Positions 38,620-47,333 of a stretch of 48,129 bases of DNA are shown here, piece after piece. The stretch lies in assembly GCA_031365375.1 (NCBI GenBank), contig JANLXZ010000253.1:1-48129 (forward strand). Reading direction: 5' to 3'. The DNA comes from Hyphomicrobiaceae bacterium. Its GTDB lineage: Bacteria > Pseudomonadota > Alphaproteobacteria > Rhizobiales > Hyphomicrobiaceae. Made by a program: the position numbers and the translations under genes. The notes below the pieces were generated by a model, which ran no database searches, was not told where the DNA came from, and saw only the letters and a program-made list of their open reading frames with translations. Position 1 is the first letter of the stretch. Every line of letters starts with the position of its first letter.

Positions 38620-38820
38620 TTAGTTTCCGCTATTGCGCGATTGTTGCGACCAGCTGAGGTAGGCAGCGCCAATAGCGCCCGCGATGGCCCAGACGATCGA
38701 TAAGTTCATACTGGCGTTGAAGCCCCAATACTGAAGTGCGAAAAAAAATGCGGCAGCTGTCGCAGCATGCAACGCTAGCAATCCGAAGTTCTTAACTGGC
38801 GGTTGTGGAATGTCGACCAT
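38620..38820 (-). CDS. Small two-TM membrane protein between nuoE and nuoF
   Basis: A 66-aa ORF with two hydrophobic helices, packed tightly (3 to 6 nt gaps) between nuoE and nuoF. Small URFs in this position are known in some alphaproteobacterial nuo/nqo clusters. Coding status is not proven. Confidence 0.5.
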   Translation of the reverse strand: MVDIPQPPVKNFGLLALHAATAAAFFFALQYWGFNASMNLSIVWAIAGAIGAAYLSWSQQSRNSGN

Positions 38821-38826
38821 CTCCGA

Positions 38827-39438
38827 TCAGCGCGCCTTCGCCATTTCCTTGAGGGTCGTCGGGCCACCGGCCGGACATGAAGCTTGACGGCCAATCTGCG
38901 AGCCGGGCTTCGGTGGTTGACCTTTGGCGAAGCCGCCGAGCACCTTCTCCAGCAGTTCAGGCGTCAAATCCTCATAGGTATCCTTAAAGATCTGTACCAT
39001 AGGCGCATTGGCGCAGGAACCCAGGCACTCGACCTCTTCCCAGCTGAAATTACCATCGGCCGATAAATGATGTGCATCGTGATGGATGCGCGCCTTGCAA
39101 GTATCGATCAGCTTGTCCGCCCCGCGCAGCAGACACGGGGTTGTACCACACACCTGAACGTGAGCCTTCTTGCCGACCGGCGACAATTGAAACATCGTAT
39201 AGAAGGTCGCGACCTCATAGACGCGGATGAAGGCCATATCCAGCATCTCGGCGACATAACGGATCGCCGGTTCGGTGCACCAGCCCTCCTGCTCTTGCGC
39301 CCGCCAGAGCAGCGGTATCACGGCGGACGCTTGCTTGCCTTCAGGATACTTGGTGATCACCACCTTCGCCCATGCGAGATTGTCGGCATTGAACGCAAAC
39401 GCGCGTGGTTGATCGGGATGCAAACGGCGCACGGACAT
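38827..39438 (-). CDS. nuoE: NADH-quinone oxidoreductase subunit E (NDUFV2 homologue)
   Basis: RVYEVATFYTMFQLSPVGK, and the N1a 2Fe-2S ligands VCGTTPCLLRG and ECLGSCANAPMV. Start trimmed to MSVRRLHPDQP (ATG at 39438). Confidence 0.92.
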   Translation of the reverse strand: MSVRRLHPDQPRAFAFNADNLAWAKVVITKYPEGKQASAVIPLLWRAQEQEGWCTEPAIRYVAEMLDMAFIRVYEVATFYTMFQLSPVGKKAHVQVCGTTPCLLRGADKLIDTCKARIHHDAHHLSADGNFSWEEVECLGSCANAPMVQIFKDTYEDLTPELLEKVLGGFAKGQPPKPGSQIGRQASCPAGGPTTLKEMAKAR

Positions 39439-39778
39439 GGCCGGGAAACCTCTTTGGATTGAGCTGGTACAGCGTCTCGATCGCAAGCACCGTATTCAGT
39501 GGCGTTCCTAGGCTTATCCACCGGCGATGACAAGGTGGGCCCGCGAGCTTTCGCTTCGCGACTGTGTGCAACCCCTCGACAAAACCCGCTCTACTACAAA
39601 TGAAGCAACATCAGCAGGCGGCGCTCGGTTGATTGGCCGACTGTTAAGCTGTAGAACCGGCCGGGAAAAGGGGTGGGTCGCTGGCGGCGCTTGCAAAAGC
39701 TCGAAAAGACGGCCACATGCCTGTCTTCCTTTCAACGTCTTTGCGATTTCCACACGAGCCCGAGGCACCTGACCGTCG

Positions 39779-40108
39779 ATGTTCATCACCCCTGCTTTTG
39801 CGCAAGCCACCGGTGCCGGCCCGGATCCATTGATCAACATGCTCGTACCGCTATTGCTGGTTTTGCCGATTTTCTACTTCCTGTTGTGGCGCCCGCAGCA
39901 GCAGCGCTTGAAGCAGCACAAAGACTTGATTTCCTCGGTGAAACGCGGTGATACGGTCGTGACCGCAGGGGGCATCATTGGTACGGTCGTGAAGGTCAAA
40001 GACGACAATGAGCTGGAAGTTGAAATCGCCAAGGATACGCGGGTTCGCGTCCTGAAAAGTTCGATTTCCGATGTGCGCAACAAGGGCGAGCCCGTCAAGG
40101 CCGTCTGA
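39779..40108 (+). CDS. yajC: Preprotein translocase subunit YajC
   Basis: A single TM helix, then FYFLLWRPQQQRLKQHKDLISSVKRGDTVVTAGGIIGTV. It lies directly upstream of secD. Confidence 0.9.
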   Translation: MFITPAFAQATGAGPDPLINMLVPLLLVLPIFYFLLWRPQQQRLKQHKDLISSVKRGDTVVTAGGIIGTVVKVKDDNELEVEIAKDTRVRVLKSSISDVRNKGEPVKAV

Positions 40109-40202
40109 GGAACTATATCGCAGCCGTCGCCTTTTATTGCGCCCGGCGACCTGCTTCCCGCAGGGAAATCAGCCGGGTGCCAACAAACACAAGTGAGCTG
40201 CC

Positions 40203-41828
40203 ATGTTGCATTTTTCTCGAGGCAAGATCATCGCGATCGTCAGCATCTGCCTGTTTGGATTGCTCGCGTGCGTGCCGAATTTCTTGTCGCCATCGGCACT
40301 CGAAAACTATCCGAACTTCCTCCCCAAGTCGCGAATCAATCTGGGACTTGATCTGCAGGGCGGCGCACATGTGCTGGCCGGCATGGACACGGACGAGCTG
40401 CGCCGAGATTGGCTCGATAAGATCCGCGACGCCGCACGGGCCGCGATGCTGAAGGAAAAACTTGGCTTCCAGAGTGTCGGCATCGCCCAAGGCGGCGTGG
40501 CCGTGCGCCTCGTTAAGGCCGAAGATCAGGACGCCGCCTTCAAGGCATTGCGTGCCCTCGCCCAACCTATCTCGGGAGCCGACATCACCGGCTCGGCGGC
40601 GCTCGACATCGATGTCGCGCGAGAGGGTGCCGACGCCATCTCCTTGAAGCCAACCGCACCGGGTATGCAAGCGCGCGTCACCGGTGCCATCGGCAGCGCT
40701 GTTGAAATCGTCCGCAACCGCTGCGATCCAGGCGGCAACAAGGAAATGGTGATCCAGCGCCAGGGCACGGACCGCATTCTTCTGCAGGCGCCGGGAATCG
40801 AAGATGTGAGGGTCATCGAAGATTGCTTCAAAGTCGCCAAGCTGACCTTCCACCTGGTTCATACCACCATGACTGCCGAGGAAGCGCGGACCGGACGCAT
40901 TCCACAAGGGTACAAAATTCTTCCGAGCCGCGACGGCGGCGAGGAACTGATCGAATCGCGCAGCACCGTGACCGGTGAACAGCTCGTCGATGCCCAGCCG
41001 GGCTTTGATCAACGCACCAACGAACCGATCGTATCTTTCCGCTTCAATCAATCCGGCGCGAGAACATTCGGCAAACTATCTTCGGAAAACGTGGGCCGGC
41101 GCTTCGCGGTCGTTCTCGACGACAAGGTGATTACCGCGCCGCGCATCAACGAGCCGATTCTGGGTGGCACCGGACAGATAACCGGCAACTTCCAGGTCGC
41201 CGAGGCGAACAGCCTAGCAACCAACCTGCGCTCCGGTGCGTTGCCGGCAAAACTTACCATCGTCGAACAGCGGGTCGTCGGCGCAAGTTTGGGTGCGGAT
41301 TCAATCAAAGCCGGTCAGCGTGCCTCTTTGATCGGCGCGCTCGCCGTCGTCGTCTTCATGACGTTTGCCTACGGCCTGTTCGGCGTGTTCGCTGTGATCG
41401 CGGTGGCGCTCAACGTTCTGTTGATCGTCGCTGTGATGTCGCTGATCGGCTCGACTCTGACCCTCCCGGGCATCGCCGGCATCGTGCTGACGATCGGCAT
41501 GGCAGTCGACGCCAACGTTTTGATTTACGAACGCATGCGTGAGGAATTGCGCAACGGCAAATCGACGATCGCTGCACTCGATGCCGGTTTCGACCGCGCC
41601 TTTGCGACCATCGTCGACGCCAACCTCACCACGCTGATCGCTGGCATCGTAATGTTCTGGTTGGGCTCTGGTCCGATCCGCGGCTTTGCGATAACCCTGT
41701 CCCTTGGCATCATGACGACGGTATTTACGGCCTTTACCGTGACACGCCTGCTGGTTGCCTGGTGGCTGTCGCGCCAAAAAGACCGGAAGGTCGCGACGCC
41801 GATTTCATTCAAGCCCGTGAGGCAGTGA
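40203..41828 (+). CDS. secD: Protein translocase subunit SecD
   Basis: N-terminal TM helix, a large periplasmic domain (LGLDLQGGAHV), and a C-terminal 5-TM bundle (TLPGIAGIVLTIGMAVDANVLIYERMREE). Confidence 0.93.
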   Translation: MLHFSRGKIIAIVSICLFGLLACVPNFLSPSALENYPNFLPKSRINLGLDLQGGAHVLAGMDTDELRRDWLDKIRDAARAAMLKEKLGFQSVGIAQGGVAVRLVKAEDQDAAFKALRALAQPISGADITGSAALDIDVAREGADAISLKPTAPGMQARVTGAIGSAVEIVRNRCDPGGNKEMVIQRQGTDRILLQAPGIEDVRVIEDCFKVAKLTFHLVHTTMTAEEARTGRIPQGYKILPSRDGGEELIESRSTVTGEQLVDAQPGFDQRTNEPIVSFRFNQSGARTFGKLSSENVGRRFAVVLDDKVITAPRINEPILGGTGQITGNFQVAEANSLATNLRSGALPAKLTIVEQRVVGASLGADSIKAGQRASLIGALAVVVFMTFAYGLFGVFAVIAVALNVLLIVAVMSLIGSTLTLPGIAGIVLTIGMAVDANVLIYERMREELRNGKSTIAALDAGFDRAFATIVDANLTTLIAGIVMFWLGSGPIRGFAITLSLGIMTTVFTAFTVTRLLVAWWLSRQKDRKVATPISFKPVRQ

Positions 41829-41832
41829 CAAC

Positions 41833-42783
41833 ATGTTCAAGGGCATAGATTTTTTCCCCCATGGCACCAAGTGGGACGTGGTCGGCAAGCGCTTTTGGTT
41901 CGTCGGACTTTCTTGGGTCCTCGCGCTGATCGCCGGTGGCCTGTTAATGACCAGGGGTCTCAACTACGGCGTCGATTTCAAGGGTGGCGCGCTGATCGAG
42001 ATCCAATCGAAAGCTGGCGACCTCGACGTCGGAACGCTGCGCGAGAAACTTAACAAGCTCGGCCTCGGCGATGTGCAAGTGCAGTCGGTGGGGAAGGGTA
42101 ACGAAGCCTTGATCCGGGTTGCACAGCAAGCCGACGAAAAAACACAAAAAGATGCCACCGATAAAGTCGTCACCGCACTTGGCGATGGCATAACGTTGCG
42201 ACGCACCGAGGTCGTTGGACCAGCGGTTTCCGCCGAACTCAAGCGGACCAGCATTATTGCCGTCATCGTCTCGCTGTTTGGCATTTTCGCTTACGTATGG
42301 TTTCGCTTCGAGTGGCAGTTCGCGGTGGCAGCCATCGTGGCGCTCATCCATGACGTGTTCATAACCGCCGGCATGTTCTCGGCGCTGTGGATCGAATTTG
42401 ATCTTTCGGTGGTTGCCGCGTTGCTGACGCTCGCCGGCTACTCGATCAACGATACCGTCGTCGTATTCGATCGAATCCGCGAAAACTTGCGCAAATACAA
42501 AAAGATGCCGCTGATCGACTTGATGAACCTTGCCATTAACGAGACGCTCTCGCGCACCGTGCTGACCTCTGTCGTGACCTTCCTGGCCGTACTCGCGCTT
42601 TACCTTTTCGGCACCGAAGTCATCCACGGCTTCTCGTTTGCCATGCTGTTCGGTATCTTGATCGGCACCTACTCCTCGATTTTCGTGGCGGCCTCCATGC
42701 TGCTGGCGTTCGGCATCAAGCGTGACGGTTGGACCGGCGAGAAAGTAGCGGCGGGAATTGCCTCCGCCGCCAAGAAGGGCTGA
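41833..42783 (+). CDS. secF: Protein translocase subunit SecF
   Basis: GLNYGVDFKGG, and a C-terminal TM bundle with LAGYSINDTVVVFDRIRENL. 316 aa. Confidence 0.93.
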   Translation: MFKGIDFFPHGTKWDVVGKRFWFVGLSWVLALIAGGLLMTRGLNYGVDFKGGALIEIQSKAGDLDVGTLREKLNKLGLGDVQVQSVGKGNEALIRVAQQADEKTQKDATDKVVTALGDGITLRRTEVVGPAVSAELKRTSIIAVIVSLFGIFAYVWFRFEWQFAVAAIVALIHDVFITAGMFSALWIEFDLSVVAALLTLAGYSINDTVVVFDRIRENLRKYKKMPLIDLMNLAINETLSRTVLTSVVTFLAVLALYLFGTEVIHGFSFAMLFGILIGTYSSIFVAASMLLAFGIKRDGWTGEKVAAGIASAAKKG

Positions 42784-42795
42784 TCGAGATCATTC

Positions 42796-43197
42796 ATGGT
42801 GCTCAAGGCGAACCCAGCGCCTGCCGCATTCGCCGGACACTTTCCCGGCCGCAGCCCCATCGACGCATATGGTAACGGGGGTTTCCGCTTCGCCGGCATG
42901 AGCCATCGTGGCTCAATCCTGTGCTTGCCGAGCGGCGTTTGGGCCTGGGATGTCGTCATATCCAATGACTTGACCCTCGAAGCACTCGCTCGCGCCTTAA
43001 AAGAACTCGAGCCTCCCGCGTTCCTCCTTTTGGGAACCGGGCGGCAACAAGTATTCCCCTCGATCGATATTCGGCGCGCGTTCGAGGCTAAGCGCATCGG
43101 CCTCGATATCATGGACACCGGGGCTGCAGCGCGCACTTACAACATTCTGCTAGCCGAGCAGCGGCCGGTGTCAGCAGCGTTTCTCGCCGTCGACTGA
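42796..43197 (+). CDS. Mth938-like (DUF498) domain protein, homologue of mitochondrial complex I assembly factor NDUFAF3
   Basis: A ~130-aa protein reading IDAYGNGGFRFAGMSHRGSILCLPSGVWAW...PAFLLLGTG...GLDIMDTGAAARTYNIL. Its position after secF matches the conserved alphaproteobacterial context of NDUFAF3 homologues. Confidence 0.8.
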   Translation: MVLKANPAPAAFAGHFPGRSPIDAYGNGGFRFAGMSHRGSILCLPSGVWAWDVVISNDLTLEALARALKELEPPAFLLLGTGRQQVFPSIDIRRAFEAKRIGLDIMDTGAAARTYNILLAEQRPVSAAFLAVD

Positions 43198-43217
43198 GGC
43201 CTTGGAGGTTTACTTAC

Positions 43218-43820
43218 ATGAACGCTATTCTCGGCGATCCGATGAAATCGCTCCTCGCAGGCCTTGCAATTTCGCTAGTCATTCTGATTGCCTGGGTGGC
43301 GCTTGCAGGCGTCGACCGCGTGGGCCTGATTTCGTTTCTGCTGCGGTGGGTTCACGTTTTTTCAGCGATCATTTGGATCGGTATGATCTGGTTTGTGAAT
43401 TTCATCCAGTTCGCAGCCTTACGGGATGCAGACGACGCGGGCAAAGCTGCTATTCACAAATTCATCGTGCCCAAAGTTGCAATGACCTTCCGTCACACCT
43501 CGCACGCTGTATTGCTCACCGGTGTCTTGTTGTTGATCACCAGCGGATATTTGCTTGATCGGCTAATTTTCACCTCGGCCGTCTATGTACCACCGTTGCG
43601 CAACGCGCTGCTGTGGGGTGGCACCATTGCCGGTGTTGCCATGTGGGTTTTGGTCCACTTCAAGATTTGGCCGAACATCAAGATTGTGCTCGGCGAGACG
43701 GCGGGCGATGCGGATGCCAAGGCGCGTGCCCGCGATAACGTGCGGGTCTATGCACGCCTCAACCTCATACTGGCAGTCCCCGTTACATTTGTGATGATCG
43801 CTGCAGCACACCTCTATTAG
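43218..43820 (+). CDS. Polytopic membrane protein (PuuD-membrane-domain-like; function unknown)
   Basis: 200 aa with about five hydrophobic helices and conserved-looking His residues (RWVHVFSAIIWIGMIWFVNFIQ; FRHTSH). The family assignment is tentative. Confidence 0.6.
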   Translation: MNAILGDPMKSLLAGLAISLVILIAWVALAGVDRVGLISFLLRWVHVFSAIIWIGMIWFVNFIQFAALRDADDAGKAAIHKFIVPKVAMTFRHTSHAVLLTGVLLLITSGYLLDRLIFTSAVYVPPLRNALLWGGTIAGVAMWVLVHFKIWPNIKIVLGETAGDADAKARARDNVRVYARLNLILAVPVTFVMIAAAHLY

Positions 43821-43821
43821 G

Positions 43822-44646
43822 GTGCCGAACAATGCGACACGTATAGCCTCAGCATCCACCGATGTGGTGGCGATCGCCGCACGCGCGCATGAACGCGATC
43901 GCTATTTGGCGGCTTTACTCAGCCCGCGCGAGATCCGCATCGATTTGATCGCACTTGCAGCCTTTGCCGGCGAAGTCGGACGCATCCCCGCGTTCGTTAC
44001 CGAACCAATGATGGGGCGCATCCGCCTGCAATGGTGGCAAGACCGCTTCCGCGAGCGAACCAGTGGCGGACACCCCGTTGCCGCAGCGATTCTCGACACC
44101 ATCAATCGCCATGCACTGCCTGTCGACCGCCTCATCGGCCTGATCGAAGCGCACGAAGATAGCCTCGATGATTGCCCGTTCGGCGATGAAGCCGCGCTGC
44201 TGGACTACATCGATCGCATCGATGGTACGCTATTCGAATTGGCCGCTCGCATCACAGGCAATGCGGCCCCCGCCGAACTGGCGTTCAACGGCGGGCGCGC
44301 TTACGGCCTCGCACGCCTGCTTACCGAAATGCCGGCAACATTGGCGCACGGTCGATTGTTATTTCCATCGGCGCATATGCGTGCTGCCGTTAATGCAAAG
44401 TCCGATGACATTCAGGTCATCACACGAGACTTTGGCGGGCTAGCCCGCCGACATCTCGCCGCAATTCCGCGCCAGATGCAACAAGTGTCCCGGCGGCATC
44501 GCTCGGCTTTCCTACCCCTTGCCCTCGTGGAGCCCTATTTAGACGCTCTTGAACACGTGCGGTCGCAATCGATGGCGGCCATCGAGATCAATCCATTGCA
44601 TCGCGTTTGGCGGCTTTGGCGCTGTCATCGGGCGGGCAGAGTATAG
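43822..44646 (+). CDS. Squalene/phytoene synthase family protein (NDUFAF6-like, non-carotenogenic type)
   Basis: ERDRYLAALLSP...ALAAFAGEVGRI...RLQWWQD is the head-to-head prenyl synthase fold signature seen in NDUFAF6-like proteins. GTG start at 43822, 1 nt after the upstream stop. Confidence 0.78.
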   Translation: MPNNATRIASASTDVVAIAARAHERDRYLAALLSPREIRIDLIALAAFAGEVGRIPAFVTEPMMGRIRLQWWQDRFRERTSGGHPVAAAILDTINRHALPVDRLIGLIEAHEDSLDDCPFGDEAALLDYIDRIDGTLFELAARITGNAAPAELAFNGGRAYGLARLLTEMPATLAHGRLLFPSAHMRAAVNAKSDDIQVITRDFGGLARRHLAAIPRQMQQVSRRHRSAFLPLALVEPYLDALEHVRSQSMAAIEINPLHRVWRLWRCHRAGRV

Positions 44647-44692
44647 CGTCCGATTTGAGCCGCCATTCGACGAGGCAAACGAGGTTTGCACC

Positions 44693-46618
44693 ATGAATAT
44701 TTCTTTCCCGCGTCGACCGAAACAAATCCCGGCGCTCATCTTGGCGCCACTGATCTTGGTTTGCAGCGCGCTGACCCCGTCGGTTGCGACCGCCGAAACA
44801 GCAATTGCGTGGCGCGTCGAGAACGCGTTCCGTTTTTTTGATGATCCGGCCAACACGGAGATGCATCGGGCAACGTGGGCGGACCTTACGGATGAGGAAC
44901 GGCGCACCCCCGTTCTCGCTGCCGAGCGACTGCTTGCCAGCCGCCATTCCGATGGTTGGGCCTCGACCGTCGTCGGAAAAACGTGTTGGGATTCGAAGCG
45001 CAACCGGCATGTTTGTTCGGACAAGGGTACGTACGTCAATCCGACGGCGCATACCGTTCTATTGGAAATGCGCGGTATCGAGGATGCCACTTCGGTGGAA
45101 TGCGTGTGGTTGACTGCACCGAGAGGCAAAACGCAAACACGCGGCAAAGCCATAAACAAACTTTGCAGCGAACCGCTCAGCATCGACATCTCCTATCCGG
45201 ACGGGATGGGCATTTCCGTCGAAGTTGGTGGGCAGGAAGTGGCGCGCACGGACGTCAAGGTCACGGACCTGTTGATCGTCGGCATGGGCGACAGCTTTGG
45301 TTCGGGCGAGGGCAACCCAGACATCCCCGTCCGTTTTTCACGCGAACGAGCCGCCGACTACGGTGATGCCAAAGACGCGAGCCTTGCCGGCTATCCGACG
45401 CGCGTCGGCGAATGGAGCCAAATTGGCGACGCGAAGTTCATCGAGGAAAACGCGCGCTGGATCGACCAGGCATGTCATCGCTCGCTTTACTCGCATCAGC
45501 TCCGGGCGGCCCTTCAACTAGCGATCGAAGATCCACATCGGTCCGTGACATATGTTGGTGCTGCGTGTTCGGGAGCGGAAGTCACGACCGGGCTTTTTCT
45601 TCGTTACAAGGGCAACGAATGGGTGCCCAACCCGCCCGAATTTTCACAAATATCAGCCGTCGCCGAAGCCCAGTGCGGGGGTAAAGAGGCCCGCATGCAA
45701 GACCTCCCCGAAGCCTACCACATCGGCGGAAAAATTCCGGACCTCAAGGGCGGATTGGTCCTGCGTAAATGCGAGGCCGAGCAATCGCGGAAGATCGATC
45801 TTTTAATGTTGTCGATCGGTGGCAACGACGTCGGCTTTGCCCGCCTGGTCGCTAATGCCGTGCTGGCTGATCAGTCAATTCTGAAGAAACTCGGCGGCTG
45901 GTTCGGTCAGGTTCATGGTCCAGCCGAAGCTGGCGCCCAAATCGTGCAGTTGGAAGATCGGTACAAGTCGTTCAACCGTGCGATCCACAACATCCTCCAT
46001 CTGCCTTGGGACGAGAGCGACCGCGTCATCCTGACCGCGTATCCGGGCCTGGCAATTCTTGAAGACGGGCGAAGCGTTTGCCCCGATGGCCGCGCTGGGC
46101 TTGACGTGGTCAGCGACTTTCAGCTGAGTGCCGCCAAAGCCAAGGAAAGCAGCGCCGTTGCAGAAAAGCTGAATGGCGTGATGAAGTCGGCTGCGAGATC
46201 CTATGGCTGGACCTTCGCAGAGGCCCACCGCCGTGCCTTCCTGGGACGTGGAATATGCGCCGGCTACAATGCCAATGCATTGTCGTCAGCCGACGACCTT
46301 CGTCTTCCGCGCAAGACTGCGGGCGGCGGATGGGAGCCATACAATCCAGCGGATTATCAACCGTACGCCAGCCGCCAACGTTGGTTTCGCACTCCTAACG
46401 ACGCATTCCTGACGGGCAACTTCCACGTATCAGCATCGCTCATGCAAAAGGTTCTGAAACTGCAGAGCTTGTCTTGGTTTCAGCTATTACTGGCCGCAAC
46501 GTATTCCGGCGCTTTTCATCCGACGGCCGAAGGCCACGCCGCAATCGCCGACAGCGTGGCTGAACGAGCCCGTGCTGTGCTAGCGAAGTATGGCCAAGTG
46601 AACACGAGCACGGAGTGA
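44693..46618 (+). CDS. Secreted SGNH/GDSL-type hydrolase with ~190-aa N-terminal domain of unknown function
   Basis: Signal peptide (ALILAPLILVCSALTPSVATAETA). SGNH blocks I (VGMGDSFGSGEG), II (GAACSGA), III (LSIGGNDVGF) and V (FHPTAEGH). The ATG at 44693 has GAGG 8 nt upstream. The longer track ORF would overlap the previous gene. Confidence 0.7.
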   Translation: MNISFPRRPKQIPALILAPLILVCSALTPSVATAETAIAWRVENAFRFFDDPANTEMHRATWADLTDEERRTPVLAAERLLASRHSDGWASTVVGKTCWDSKRNRHVCSDKGTYVNPTAHTVLLEMRGIEDATSVECVWLTAPRGKTQTRGKAINKLCSEPLSIDISYPDGMGISVEVGGQEVARTDVKVTDLLIVGMGDSFGSGEGNPDIPVRFSRERAADYGDAKDASLAGYPTRVGEWSQIGDAKFIEENARWIDQACHRSLYSHQLRAALQLAIEDPHRSVTYVGAACSGAEVTTGLFLRYKGNEWVPNPPEFSQISAVAEAQCGGKEARMQDLPEAYHIGGKIPDLKGGLVLRKCEAEQSRKIDLLMLSIGGNDVGFARLVANAVLADQSILKKLGGWFGQVHGPAEAGAQIVQLEDRYKSFNRAIHNILHLPWDESDRVILTAYPGLAILEDGRSVCPDGRAGLDVVSDFQLSAAKAKESSAVAEKLNGVMKSAARSYGWTFAEAHRRAFLGRGICAGYNANALSSADDLRLPRKTAGGGWEPYNPADYQPYASRQRWFRTPNDAFLTGNFHVSASLMQKVLKLQSLSWFQLLLAATYSGAFHPTAEGHAAIADSVAERARAVLAKYGQVNTSTE

Positions 46619-46634
46619 TCGGCGCAACGCAATG

Positions 46635-47129
46635 TCACGATGAGTTGTTAGCTCCCTTCATCTTTCGGCGGGCGAATTCGAGTGGCAGCGCGCTCGTACA
46701 CTTGATCTGCTCCATCGCGAATGCTGACGAAACGTTGGACAACTCGATTTTGGTGATCAGCTTCTTGTAAAACGCGTCATAGGCCGCGATGTCGGGCACG
46801 ACGACGCGCAATAAATAGTCCACAGCGCCGCTCATCCGATAAAACTCTACGACCTCGGGGAACTCGACAATGACCTTATGAAAATCCTCGAGCCAACCTA
46901 AGGCATGCCGGTTGGTCGAAATCGACACGAAAACCGTGACGCCAGCCTCCACAGATTTCGGTTCCAAAAGCGCTACGCGACGTTGAATGATGCCGGCCTC
47001 TTCCATTTTCTGGATGCGTCGCCAGCAGGGCGTGGTCGAGAGCCCGACAGACTTGCCGATTTCGGCGACCGGCTGCGTGCAATCTTTTTGCAAAATATCC
47101 AGTATCTTCAGGTCCATTTCGTCGAGCAT
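46635..47129 (-). CDS. Lrp/AsnC-family transcriptional regulator
   Basis: MLDEMDLKILDILQKDCTQPVAEIGKSVGLSTTPCWRRIQKMEEAGII (HTH) plus a C-terminal RAM/ACT-like domain. 164 aa. Confidence 0.9.
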   Translation of the reverse strand: MLDEMDLKILDILQKDCTQPVAEIGKSVGLSTTPCWRRIQKMEEAGIIQRRVALLEPKSVEAGVTVFVSISTNRHALGWLEDFHKVIVEFPEVVEFYRMSGAVDYLLRVVVPDIAAYDAFYKKLITKIELSNVSSAFAMEQIKCTSALPLEFARRKMKGANNSS

Positions 47130-47333
47130 GATTGGTCCAATTCATTGCCAGGAATAGCTTTGCTTGACATGCCTATTTCTTGAGCATGCAATTCGTTACA
47201 ACGGGGCGTCAATCAAAAAATTAGCAAAAATTTTTACATTTATCTCATTTGAGCTTGTGATGATCGCCGATCACTGCCATTTGCTCCACACCAGGGGCAC
47301 CAAATGCTTCGTTGGCTTTAGGAACATCTGGAA

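Noticed and set aside
40126-40167. Two small hairpins (GTCGCC...GGCGAC and TTCCC-gca-GGGAA) in the 94-nt yajC-secD spacer.
   Set aside because: The stems are short (5 to 6 bp) with no U-tract. They may modulate yajC/secD stoichiometry, but that cannot be supported from sequence alone.
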